This document shows, in pieces, positions 40,101 to 51,308 of a stretch of DNA of 64,000 nt. The stretch is from Lingula anatina (lineage: Eukaryota; Animalia; Brachiopoda): the NCBI GenBank assembly GCA_051362555.1, contig CM120640.1:186001-250000 (forward strand), read 5' to 3'. The first letter of the stretch is position 1. The number at the start of each line of letters is the position of its first letter. Both the position numbers and the translations under genes were made by a program. Below the pieces are notes generated by a model. The model made no database searches, had not been told where the DNA came from, and saw nothing but the letters and a program-made list of their open reading frames with translations.

Positions 40101-43100
40101 GAAGCTCAAATGTCAGAGATGCCCCATCAAGACCAAGGTGTCTGACCCATGTGGACCTCCCAAAGTTGGAGCTGCCAGAAGACAGGGAGTTCCCACTACT
40201 GTTAGTGCATTGCGTCAGTCCCTGGGAGTTCTTCATCTGTCTGCCTGATCTCATTGAGAAAGTGGCTGAGTTAGAGGTAAGGCTCCAGACGCATGCTCTC
40301 ACAGATCACCATCCTCATCGTCCTGAGGTTGGCGAGGTGGTCCTGGCGCAGTTCACTGATGGTGTCTGGTACAGAGCCATGGTACAGGCAGACCAGGGTC
40401 CTCAGATAGGGTATCAGGTCTACTTCTGTGACTATGGCAACACGGAATATGTTCAAACAGCTAACATCAGGAAAATTCTGGAGCCAGAGTTAGTGACAGG
40501 GTATCCCCGCCAGGCCTATCAGTGTAAGCTGGCCGGGGTGAGAGAGGTAAATAAAGAGAGCAGTGTAAAGGCTGCTGAGGAAATGAAGACAATACACCCT
40601 GGGTCAATACTGGTCAGAGTTGTCAGGAAGGAAGGAGAGGTATACTCTGTGAATTTGACTACACCAGACGGTGACTCCATGGCCCACTATCTCACAGGTC
40701 AAGGACTTGTGGCAGGTACTGAAATATCTGGAAGTTTTTTCTAACCTTTTATCTTTCTAGGATGTTATCAGTTTAAAATTTTAACACAGCCAATGGACAT
40801 TTGATACTTGCTGCAGTACAAAGACAAAAGTTTTACACCGTTATTATCAGATGTAATGATTTTAATGCAAAAGCAGACTAAACTTGAATGTTCTTAAAAT
40901 TGGTAAAGCTTGTTTTAATAAGACTCAAACCATTCCAGTGTCGGACCTGGTCCCTCACCCAGACAGTGCCTTCCAGCCCATCCAACCAGCTGTGTGTACA
41001 GCACTGCCAGCACCTGAACCTAGAGTTATGACATATGATCTGATCAAAGCTTCATTGGATTCTTCTGTTACCATGGTGATAGTTTGTAACCCAGACTCCT
41101 CACCAAAGCTGTTTTATTGTTGGAATATGTCCAAACAACAAGGTATATAATGGTTTCCATCTGAATTAAGATGATTTCAGTTAAGAAGTATTTATTCATT
41201 GGAATACTTCAACACAGTTATGATCAGCCTAATTAGACTTTTGAATAGAGATTTTATTCAAATCTCACTTCTATTTTACTAGCTTTTGGCTGTGGCTTAG
41301 TATGTGCCTGTATATATTAGGCTTTTCTTTAATCTTTCTAAGCATGATATTATGTTCCCTCTGTCTAGATATATTAGTATGTGCCTGTATATATTAGGCT
41401 TCCCTTTAATCTTTCTAAGCATGATATTATGTTCCCTCTGTCTAGATATATTAGTATGTGCCTGTATATTAGGCTTTTCTTTAATCTTTCTAAGCATGAT
41501 ATTATGTTCCCTCTGTCTAGATATATTAGTATGTGCCTGTATATATTAGGATTCCCTTTAATCTTTCTAAGCATGATATTATGTTCCCTCTGTCTAGATA
41601 TATTAGTATGTGCCTGTATATATTAGGATTCCCTTTAATCTTTCTAAGCATGATATTATGTTCCCTCTGTCTAGATATATTAGTATGTGCCTGTTCATAT
41701 TAGGCTTTTCTTTAATCTTTCTAAGCATGATATTATGTTCCCTCTGTCTAGATATATTAGTATGTGCCTGTATATTAGGCTTTTCTTTAATCTTTCTAAG
41801 CATGATATTATGTTCCCTCTGTCTAGATATATTAGTATGTGCCTGTATATTAGGCTTTTCTTTAATCTTTCTAAGCATGATATTATGTTCCCTCTGTCTA
41901 GAAATGCAAGAAGTTGTGACATTGAAGGACAGACTTGGTGAGGTCTATGAACATGTTCACCCGGACCCTGCCTTCAGACCCCTGGTAGAAGAGATGTGTG
42001 TTACCTTTGCTGAAGGTGGGTGTGGCAAAGTGATATTCCATTGATCATCAGAAATACTTGTTTTCAAGTGTACTTATCATTTAAGCAAGTGACGTTTCCT
42101 CACTGGGACTTTATTGATGTGTAGATTATACTTCTTAGTGAAGATTATAATTTCCTGGTTCCAGGAGAAGATGGTGGGTGGTCCAGAGCAGCAGTCCAAG
42201 CAATACTGCCAAACAACAAGTACAAGATATTTTATGTGGACTTTGGACAAGAGGATGTGATCCCAGGAGATAAACTGTACCGTATAGAACCTCAGTTCAC
42301 CACACTACCTCTCCAAGCTATTAAGTGTGCCCTGTCATATTGTAAGTGTAAACTGTACCATATATAGAGTCTCAATCCGAACTTTTTTATGTACAGACAC
42401 TGGCAATCTGTTCTGGTCATGCTTTAGAAAGTAAAAGGTTGTTGTTTTAGATTTTTAAACTTTTCAGTTTCTACACGGACTTGAGATGTACCTAAACAAA
42501 GCTTTCAGTTACTACTGTTACCCTTCTCAAATTGAAAAGTTTAAATGTCTAAAACAACCAAAAGACTACGCAGATGAATTTCCATCAAATGAAGTGTTCT
42601 TGATCTGAATTGATGTGCCTAGAATGCAACTGTTACAATAATGTTGGCATTTTTATCGAAAAAGTTACAAAAATGATATCATTCATTTACAGGCTTCCAC
42701 TCTGAAAGTCAGACTTTCCCTCCACAAGCTGTTGATAAGTTCAAGGGCTTGGTTCAGGGGACATTACTGCAAGCCAAGCTGATAGGCACCAAGAATATGA
42801 CTCATTATGTAGAGCTCTGTGACCCCAAAACTAAGGTAGGTTGCCATTATTATGATGGATTGTTTTCTTTTGTTTCATAGATTGGGCTCCATATTTATAC
42901 TTATTGTAACAATGTGATATTGCTATATAAGTTTCTTCTCTTGATTCTTAATTAGAAAAACATTGGGTCAGAACTTGTCAAGATAGCTACAGATTCCATC
43001 ACACAAAGACCAGATAACAGGGGTACTTTAAGCCAACTACCAACATACAATGCCAACAAACCAGAGTTTCAGCAGAATAGAAGAACCGGTGATGAAGATC

Positions 43101-44476
43101 AAAGTATCCGTGGCAACAGACAAAAGTCTTTTTCTGGAAATAGACATCAAGGAATATCTGATAAATCTCAGCAAGATGGTGGCAACAAAAATAGACCCCA
43201 GGATCAGATGTCTGCTGGTGGAGATGCGGGAGCCAAAGCTTTTATTGATCGATTAAACCAAGGAGGAAAGCCGTCTGGATATCAGCAAAAGTCTGGTCAT
43301 CAAGGCAGTCCAGACAGACGACAAAAACAAAGCAGTCAGAAATCTCCAGGGCCGAGAAACAAACAGCAGAAATCTCCAGAATCAGGAAACAAACACCAGA
43401 AATCTCCAGGATCAGGAATCAAACAACAGAAATCTCCAGGACCAGGAATCAAACAGCAGAACTCCCCAGGCAGATCTTATGGAGGTCAACTGCCAGATGT
43501 GTCTGCCCAGCAACAGTCAGGTCGCAGTCCACTGAACTATCCCCCTAACAAAACTTCACAGGTGAAAGGTCATGGCCCAAGACCTTCCCCACAACAAGCT
43601 GACAGATCTCCTGTAGGCAGCTCCTATCACCAACCTTCACATGTGACAGGCTATGAACACAGTACTGCCACAAAACCTTCCCCACAACAGGCTGGTCCAC
43701 ACCCCTCAGTTAACACCTCTCACATGCCAGAGCACCAGTCAGATCCTGGGCTTAGGGACTCTACTGCACCAGGCCGAGTGCAGTCAGGACGCAGCCCATT
43801 CAATGTACAAACTCCGCTGCCACTGGAGGGCCCAGGCTATGGGCGCAGTGTGTCAACCACACCGATTCCACAACTATCTAGTCACAATACAGTAGATTTC
43901 CCACCTCAGCAGGATTTTCAGGGTCGAGGTCACCAGGAGTATCCTCTAGAGCAGCCATTACGACCTCAAGGATACAATCCATACTTCAGGAGTTATCCAT
44001 CCCATAATTACCAGGCCAGGAGGTATGAGAACCCAGCTGACTACAGGGAGGAGTACAGAGAGATGCCAGCATATCACTATGGTAACTACCCTCCCAGAGG
44101 AGGCTATAGAGGGCACCACTATAGAGGAAGAGGAGGGTTTCACCATAGATACTCACAGCCACTTCAGCCAAGTAAGAAAAATTCTTTAATCAGTGATAAT
44201 GTATACTGTAGCTGTTGTGTAGAACATCTTGATAAATCATTTGAAGTTGTAACTTGAAAGTAACATGTACATGTACATTTGTACCTTCTCAAAAACTTTG
44301 GTTTAATCTTAATCAAAATTCAAGGAATGAAATAGAAAAGTAAACGCCTCATTCGTTTATAAAGCCTGATATATTCTGTTGCTGTTTTAGGTGGTCTGGA
44401 GCAGAGACTGGAGAGACTGGTGGCACTCCTGGAACAACAGCAGCTTCTCCAACTGCAGCAACACCAAGACAAATAA
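29655..44476 (+). CDS. TDRD1: TDRD1/Vreteno-like piRNA-pathway protein: RRM + MYND zinc finger + 4 Tudor domains + low-complexity tail
   Basis: RRM RNP2 LYVVGIP (30200-30263) and RNP1 FGFVKY (31102-31199, 31732-31870); MYND CLKCGGPG/FLRCGACKSPYCSPACQREDFSEHKVQC (33808-33900, 34129-34225); Tudors DGGWYRA..YQDYGN (~37394-37622), GAWYRA..YLDYGN and DGVWYRA..FCDYGN (39325-40715), DGGWSRA..YVDFGQ (41902-42341); last exon 44391-44476 ends TAA; symbol supported by adjacency to CCDC186. Confidence 0.85.
30286..30614. repeat. 47-bp tandem array (7 copies) starting ~22 nt after a TDRD1 donor
   Basis: Unit tactctgtctacatggcacagttgtatgatggtgatattattactga. Confidence 0.95.
31205..31450. repeat. Degenerate ~27-bp tandem repeat immediately after a TDRD1 donor
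   Basis: Recurring agaaactggaactctatagatagctgt. Confidence 0.8.
31925..32591. repeat. C-rich intronic minisatellite (G-quadruplex-like on the - strand)
   Basis: Recurring caccaacccccagccattatccctctcccccacccc; the Pro-rich ORFs over it are artefacts. Confidence 0.9.
33561..33753. mobile_element. MITE family copy (internally deleted)
   Basis: TTA-GACTGGGTTCC...GGGAATGGTCCT-TTA. Confidence 0.8.
34209..34295. repeat. 30-bp duplication of the MYND-exon donor
   Basis: cagtgtaagacaatcag|gtaagatcttctg twice, 57 bp apart. Confidence 0.85.
34965..35187. mobile_element. Full-length MITE copy with TTA target-site duplication
   Basis: TTA-GGGTGCATTCCC...GGGAATGGGGTC-TTA; close match to 28751-28976. 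Confidence 0.88.
41297..41902. repeat. 75-77-bp tandem array (8 copies) ending at a TDRD1 acceptor
   Basis: Each unit has tgttccctctgtctag|A; only the last opens the exon (EMQEVVTLKDRL). Confidence 0.95.
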
Positions 44477-44712
44477 CCAGCACTATTCCAGTCCATAGAG
44501 GGCGCCACCAAGTCTCTAATAAATAGCAGTAGCCCATTTGATGGAGGGCGCCACCAGGCCACTAATTAACACCAGTAATCCAGTTAATAGAGGGCGCCTA
44601 CAGATCACTAATAAACAGCAGTAGCCCAGTGCATAGAGGGCGCCACCAGGCTACTAATAAACAGCAGTAGCCCAGTGCATAGAGGGCGCCACCAGGCCAG
44701 TGCATAGAGGGA
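44476..44712. repeat. Degenerate ~45-bp repeat starting at the TDRD1 stop codon
   Basis: Recurring ccagtgcatagagggcgccaccagg..ctaataaacagcagtag. Confidence 0.8.
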
Positions 44713-45757
44713 TCCACTTGGTTTCTGTGCCCACAAAGATGGAAAAAGATGATAAAAACTATTTGAAATGGGGATCAAATATTTTTTGATAATTTGAAGT
44801 TTATTTTATAGCTACGGGAGGATAAGTACATGGATGCATGGCAAAACATTAACAGTCTACCCCCCCTTCCCCTATTTCATAATAATTGAATTGTGCTCTT
44901 TGTGGCCCTGACCATAATAAAACCGGTGTTGGAAGGGGAAAGCAAGCTCAATGATCATGATTTTTGTTTTTCCCAGTCATTTACTTGCATATATGAACAA
45001 TGTAATGTTATATGTAGTTGACTTATATTCACATTTACGTTGAATTTCTAAAAAATTTATTTGAACAACTTGTAAATATATCATTTGAAAGATAAATGAG
45101 ATAGTTGATAAGGATCCATTGTAATCTAGTCGCATGATTTATTCATTCCTAACAAGTCGTAGGATGTCAATTAAGTAAGCAACTGCCTGTAAACTCGTAA
45201 CCAGCTTTGGTATCTGCTCAGTCAGCATTTACGTGTAACAGTTTTATGCAAAAATTATGCAATTTTATTTATTATAATTTTTGTAACTCTATAATATTTT
45301 GGTTCGGATGGGACTCTATCCTCATTCTATTAGAAAATTTCAGTATTGTTTGTTCAAACTTGTAAGATTTTCAATAAATGTGTTCACCTTTGAATAATTG
45401 AACCAAATGTTGTATTCTACTCTAAAGATTGTATCTTCTGTCAAAAGCTTTAATTTTAGAAATGTTGGCCTGTCTGGCTGTGCGCATGAGGGAGTACCAA
45501 TCTTAAGATGTTTTTACAACATTCACCTTTGACGACCACATACCTTGGAACCACTGAGAAACAAAAAGATGAGAAATGTTAATGTTTTTGGCTTTATTGA
45601 AAGTATATTGGACATTTCCTCTCTTCCCACACATGCTAACAGGCTTTGGCAACATCACCATGTCTTGGCACATAGAAGTAAACCTATAGATATGTAACAT
45701 CTGATGGCTCTTATAAAAGAGAAACGCAGTAGAGAACTCATTTGCCATCAGATCTTA

Positions 45758-47559
45758 TCACTTGTTATTTGAATGATCAGCCGCTTGCAACTTAAGAATT
45801 TCATCTTTGTCTTTTATGTATTCCCTAAGTTCATTCTCTGGGATATCTTCCTCTGTCAAAAATTCACAATCCAGATTACTGTGACTTGATACAGAAATAC
45901 TCTCCCGAGAGCAAGAGTCATCTTGCTCAGAACAAAGTCGAGCCTTTTTGTAAGCTGTTGGAAAAATAGCAGATGCTCCTTTGCGTTTTCCATGGTAACC
46001 AAGCTGCTCGGTGTCATCATCAAGAAGTTCTGTCCCCTCCCTGTCCTCCTGCTGTAAAGATATGGCAGTTGCCAGTAGAGACTTCTGGTATTTCAGAATA
46101 TCAGGCAAGTGTAAGTGGACTTTATCTGGTTTCACATCACTGAGCCAGGGCACCCCCTCAGCCAGAGCACACAACACCGTCTTCAACTCCTCAACAAAGT
46201 GCTTTAGTCTGTATTTCCACTGCAACAATTTAAAGGTCGAAACAAATCTGCATATGGGTGTCTTGAGCTCTTTAACATTATGAGACTGCCAGACCAAGTA
46301 TGCGGCAGCGGTGATCACAGAATTATACCTCCTTCCACTGCTGACCCAGGTCTCCTTACACAACTCCACTAATCTTGTCACCTCATCAAGCTCTGTGTCA
46401 CTAAAGTTACATGAACTGAGACAAGATGGGATAAGATCAACAATATCCTGTGCTTTCAGTGTGATGTTTAAAACCTTCAATATTTCTTTATAGTACTTGC
46501 CAAGGTCAAACACACTACACTGACACAAGGAGGCCGTGGAGTTGAGCGTGACAGGCCACCCTCTCTGCCTGCATACCACATACACAGCAGCACTGGCTAA
46601 TACTAACTTATTTGCCAATAAAATGCCCCGGAAGGGCCCAGACCTGTGAATTAATTTATTATACATATCCAGGGCACTCTCTTTCATGTCAGAGCTGAGG
46701 TTCATGGCAGCTGAGATTTCTTTGATCCTCTTCTCTCCAATCTTTTTGCCCTCAGAACTTCTCTCCCCATCACCATGGTGTTGTATCAGATTCTGCAACT
46801 TCTTGGAAGAATTCCAGAAGATGTCTGACTTATTTGACCACACTGTCTGTTCTGGAGGGGCCTGGAAGCCTCCCTACAAAATAATGAGTGACAAAAAAAT
46901 AAATTAAAAATGTTACCTTTGTTTAGCCTGGAATGTTACCAATGTTGTCGAGAGCCTACATTAAAATATAAACCCCAACTCACTCCCTTTAACTTTGTCA
47001 CTGTTATATATGTTTCTACGCATTAATTTGAGGGGGATAAAAGAACGCAACACTGGACATGTGCTTTTACTACTCTAAACTAATCTTTATTTAACTAGAG
47101 AGTATCTTGCCACTAGGGGCACTCCACCACAAGACATAACAGTCACTTTGTTCGCTTACCTAACTTCCATCTTCTTACAAGTCATTCTATAAATTACATG
47201 TACTGAGTACATGTACATGTACACTTTTAGTTTATAGAATGGGTCTATTATTACGTATCAAACTTCTCATGTTTTCAACACACTGGGGATTACACACGAC
47301 ACACAAAAGATTAAGAGTCAGTTACTAGACTATTCGTATTTTCTTTTTATTATTACCAATGTTATAAAAAGAATTATTGCCAAATCAGGAAATTATATAT
47401 AGACACTGAGTCGACTGAGTAACCCCGCTGGAGTCGATCAGAACACATTACCTGTGCTTTAACGGTACCACATTCTTCACAAACCAGCTGAGAACAGCCT
47501 CCGTGATCGTCAGTTATCAACGAGTTTTTGCCACAGTTGTCACAGAGCTGCGAGTCCAT
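45758..47559 (-). CDS. BRF2: TFIIIB 50-kDa subunit (TFIIB-related factor 2), 2 coding exons: 47559-47452 and 46873-45758
   Basis: N-terminal zinc ribbon CDNCG..LVCEECG; cyclin folds (AAVYVVCRQRGWPVT, SGRRYNSVITAAAYLVWQS); C-terminal DIPENELREYIKDKDEI like BRF2; phase-0 CAG|GTAATG and ttgtag|GGA. Confidence 0.9.
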
Positions 47560-48203
47560 CTTAATCCACACGAGCTGTGTGACTCTGTTTCAGAACGTAC
47601 AGGCTGCGTAATAGATGACTGGTTCAATACGATAGCTATGTCTCGAGAAGTCCTATGGTTTGGAATCTAACATTGAAAATGACATCATAAAATTAAGGTA
47701 ATTATTGACATGATTTTTTAACCTTGAAAAGAATGAATAAAATCTGAATTTTCGGTATAATTCATTGGAATAAAAATTGCTTGGTTTTATGTCTGGAGAA
47801 GACCTGTCGTCTTCCGATGCCAACCCTCTATTTCTAACTCTCGAGGTGAAGGTCGTATAAAGCGGGAGTTTTCAAGATGGCGTCAAAAAGATCATTGTCA
47901 GGCGGTGGAAACGCGCTACTTATATGATTAAGACGAGCCTAGCCGTCAGTACCGGATATTGTTTTGTGACCTTGAGGAGCAATTAGGTTTGGTCTTTGCG
48001 GCACGCATGAACAGTAGTCGAACTACCACACCTGGGTCTTTTGTTTTTGACAACTGTTCACTCGTCATCGAGGCGCTTGTTCAAGACTACAGGCTGATAT
48101 CTACTAGTACTACCAGTGGCTTCATTAGTAACGTTCCCACAATACTTAGTTTTCTGTCTGTGCGTACATACCCTGAAAAAAGCCAGCCTCGCTGACGAGA
48201 ACA
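47560..48203. promoter_or_regulatory. Putative bidirectional promoter BRF2/HAUS8
   Basis: Divergent start codons ~640 bp apart; CpG-richer; YY1-like AAGATGGCG near 47874. Confidence 0.5.
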
Positions 48204-51200
48204 ATGGACGTTTCTCACCCCTCTCTAGGATTACCCCTGTCATTGTATCAGCCAGCACAGCAAGATACTGTTGGACACGGTTTTAACAGGTATTTATACA
48301 TTATTTTGATTCATAACAAAAGGTAATGCTGTAACACGTATGTTGATCACAGAAACTAGGCAACTGTGATCTATCACTCGCCAAGCCGTCGATATCAATG
48401 AAAGTGAATCTGAATATTCGAACGTAAACAGTAAATTTTATTTGAGTCTTTCTGTATTTTACCGTGAAAATTAGTGTCTGTAATTCGGCATTCTCACAAT
48501 TCCACAGAAATGTGGCACAACTTAATCGCTACTGACTTCTGCTTGTCATGTAAAATGTAATCCTACTATGTTATTCCTACCAGCTAACTCGACGCTGCTG
48601 TCCATTTTCAATGTTGTCTAGCCATAATATCCTCCAGTACTACTGCCTTTTACCTGTTTTTTTTTTCATTTGCAGGAAACCACTCACACAGGGAAGACTT
48701 ATATCCCAGTCTGACTCTGCATTAGGAGCTGAGATTTCACAAACTGAAAGCCCATCACAGAGGTTATATAAGCCAGGTACAGTAGCCTCACACTGAACAT
48801 TTCATCAGACGCTAGAGATTGTTTACTTGGGTTCAAGAATTTGTGAAGTTAGTTAAAAACTGATTGAAATATTTCAAAGTTGAAAGTGTATCTTATATCA
48901 ATCTAGCATTGATTTGGTGAAGGTAGTTACATGGCTGAAGCAAGTTTTGTTCTAAGAGATGTAGAAAGGTGTTGCCTTAGAGTTCATTTTGTATTTGTGA
49001 GTCATGGGGAACTTTGTGTGTCGCCAACTCAGAATTTAAGAAAATCTGTACTTTATTTCATATTTCAGGCACAGATGGAAGTTACAAAGTGAGCTATGAT
49101 GGAAGCAGTACAGGAGATCTTTCTCCCAGACAGAAGTTGAGTAGCCATAAGAAAGTCCATGCAGACCACCAAGTAGAGGATGTATTATCTAGCCCAAGAA
49201 GGTATATACATACATACATACATACATACATACATACATGCACATTCTGTTTTAGCCACCCAAAAGTGGTCAAGGTAACTGATGTAAAATAAAACATGAT
49301 GAAACTGTTCTCTTTATGTACACTAAGTAACAGTTTCAACCATGGTGAATAATGTGATTATTTTTGTGTAATTTTTGTGAAATGTGTATTTTTTGCATTA
49401 AAATGTATTGGATAGAAAACCATTTTGTTGAAGATTATTTGTCAGTGGTGAATTCAAGTTTCATTCACAGTTGTAAGAGCCCCTTTTAAAAAACAATAAT
49501 GTAGTAAATTAATGAGGTACTTTGCTTGTTTCAGAGCTCAACCAAATCAAACAGAACACCATTCTCCGAAACGTGTCACACCATCCAGACTATTAGAATT
49601 ATCAGACAGTGATGATGAAGTGGCATTTAAAACAAGAGTGAGTTATTAGATGCTGTTCACATTGCATCTGATTAACTGTTCATAGCAGTTGAGTACCTTT
49701 CCATTTTGTTTTTACTCTTAGTAACTGTGCATTACCAGCCAAGTATAGTGTGATTCTGCAGGAAGACAACAGACCAACACCATGTGGTATCATGTCAGTC
49801 TCTGTGTATATCCTCATAGTGTGTTGCAATCACTGTCCCCCATGTTACTGGTTTTCTCACTTCCAGAGATCTCCCCGTGTAATGCAGCACATCAAGCACA
49901 GTCCAGCGCCAAATGTCCTGGTAGTGGACGCGTCCAGACAGACCAGACAGCCTCTGGACACAGAGGTGGACATCCACATGGGGTTTGAACACTCCCCTGT
50001 CAAAGTGATCTGCCACTCCCCGGGGGCCGTACATTCTGACCTCAGGTAATGAGAGGGCTGGATTATGATCAACTTCCTCCCCCTCCCCTCCTCTCTCTCT
50101 CTCTCTCTCACATACACACACACACAACATGTATATGTGTTTTTTTATATTTATTTATTATTGGTTCACAAATTAGACCTTTTTAACAGGTTTGTCAAAA
50201 TAATGAGACATTTGTACCCCATTAAAATACTTATTTTTGAATTTTGTGCATGTGCTGAAAAAAACCTAAAGCTTTCATCACCTAAGCATTTTTATAAAGA
50301 AGAACAATTCCAAATGATGATTATTCAGACATTACAATCTTGAAGCATCTTTTCCCATATTTCATCCCCCAGGAACACAGGGGACACTGCAGCAGCCAGG
50401 AGGGTACAGGTGGACCAGGTCCCCTCTGTGAACATATTGTCTGGGAACACAGATATCCCACAGTCAGACCAGGAGAGAACAGGACACCGGTTTAAGTCTC
50501 CTATGGTCATCAGAGAGGCTGCAGTGGCAGGTAAGTAAACCACAAGTTCTGTCTCCTGTCTTTGTCAGAAAAAGACATAAGGGCAGATTAAGCCAGGTGT
50601 TGTAACTGTTCTTGAAATCTAAACTGGCATCAAATTAACTGTCTTAGCTTGTTTGCCTGAATAACAATAACAGGGGATAATTCCCACTCGTTTTGATATT
50701 CTTAACTTTCAACTGGTGGCTATATAAAAGAGAAATGACAGTTAGGTGTCTAGGCAGTGTCAGGGCCTTGTCTCAGTGATGACTGGTGGTGTTGTTACAG
50801 GTGTCATTAGAACCAGTGTACTAGCATAGTGAACCACTGCTTTTATTATGATATCACAATGTTCCATATTTAAGGTGGCAAGATTGACCATCATTCTGCA
50901 GTGGAGACAGTGGATACAACTGACCACTTGACCAGGCCAATGAGGGAGGACCTTCAGTACCAAACTTACAAGCAACCCAGAGTAACCATAGGAGATAGTG
51001 GAATACCAGGAGTGGAGCCCCTCCCTCAGAGTGACACTGCCTCTGTGGACGAGGTGTACCATGAAGTAAAACCTAAGTAAGTACACATGTACTGATGACT
51101 TACACCAGTATAGTATAGTATAGTTTATTGCCGAATCAACTTGACATAGGTATATAACCAAGAAAACAAACATAACATTTGTGGTAGGTGCAGGTGGTGG

Positions 51201-51249
51201 TGGCAACCACTGTTAACACATTGGAATACATAAAGAGTGGTGGATGGAC

Positions 51250-51308
<59 letters not shown>

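Noticed and set aside
41297-41941. Many overlapping repetitive ORFs
   Set aside because: Artefacts of the 75-77-bp array
50525-50541. 17-nt identity (tggcaggtaagtaaacc) between this donor and the 74-bp array junction
   Set aside because: Mostly splice consensus; too short to claim template switching
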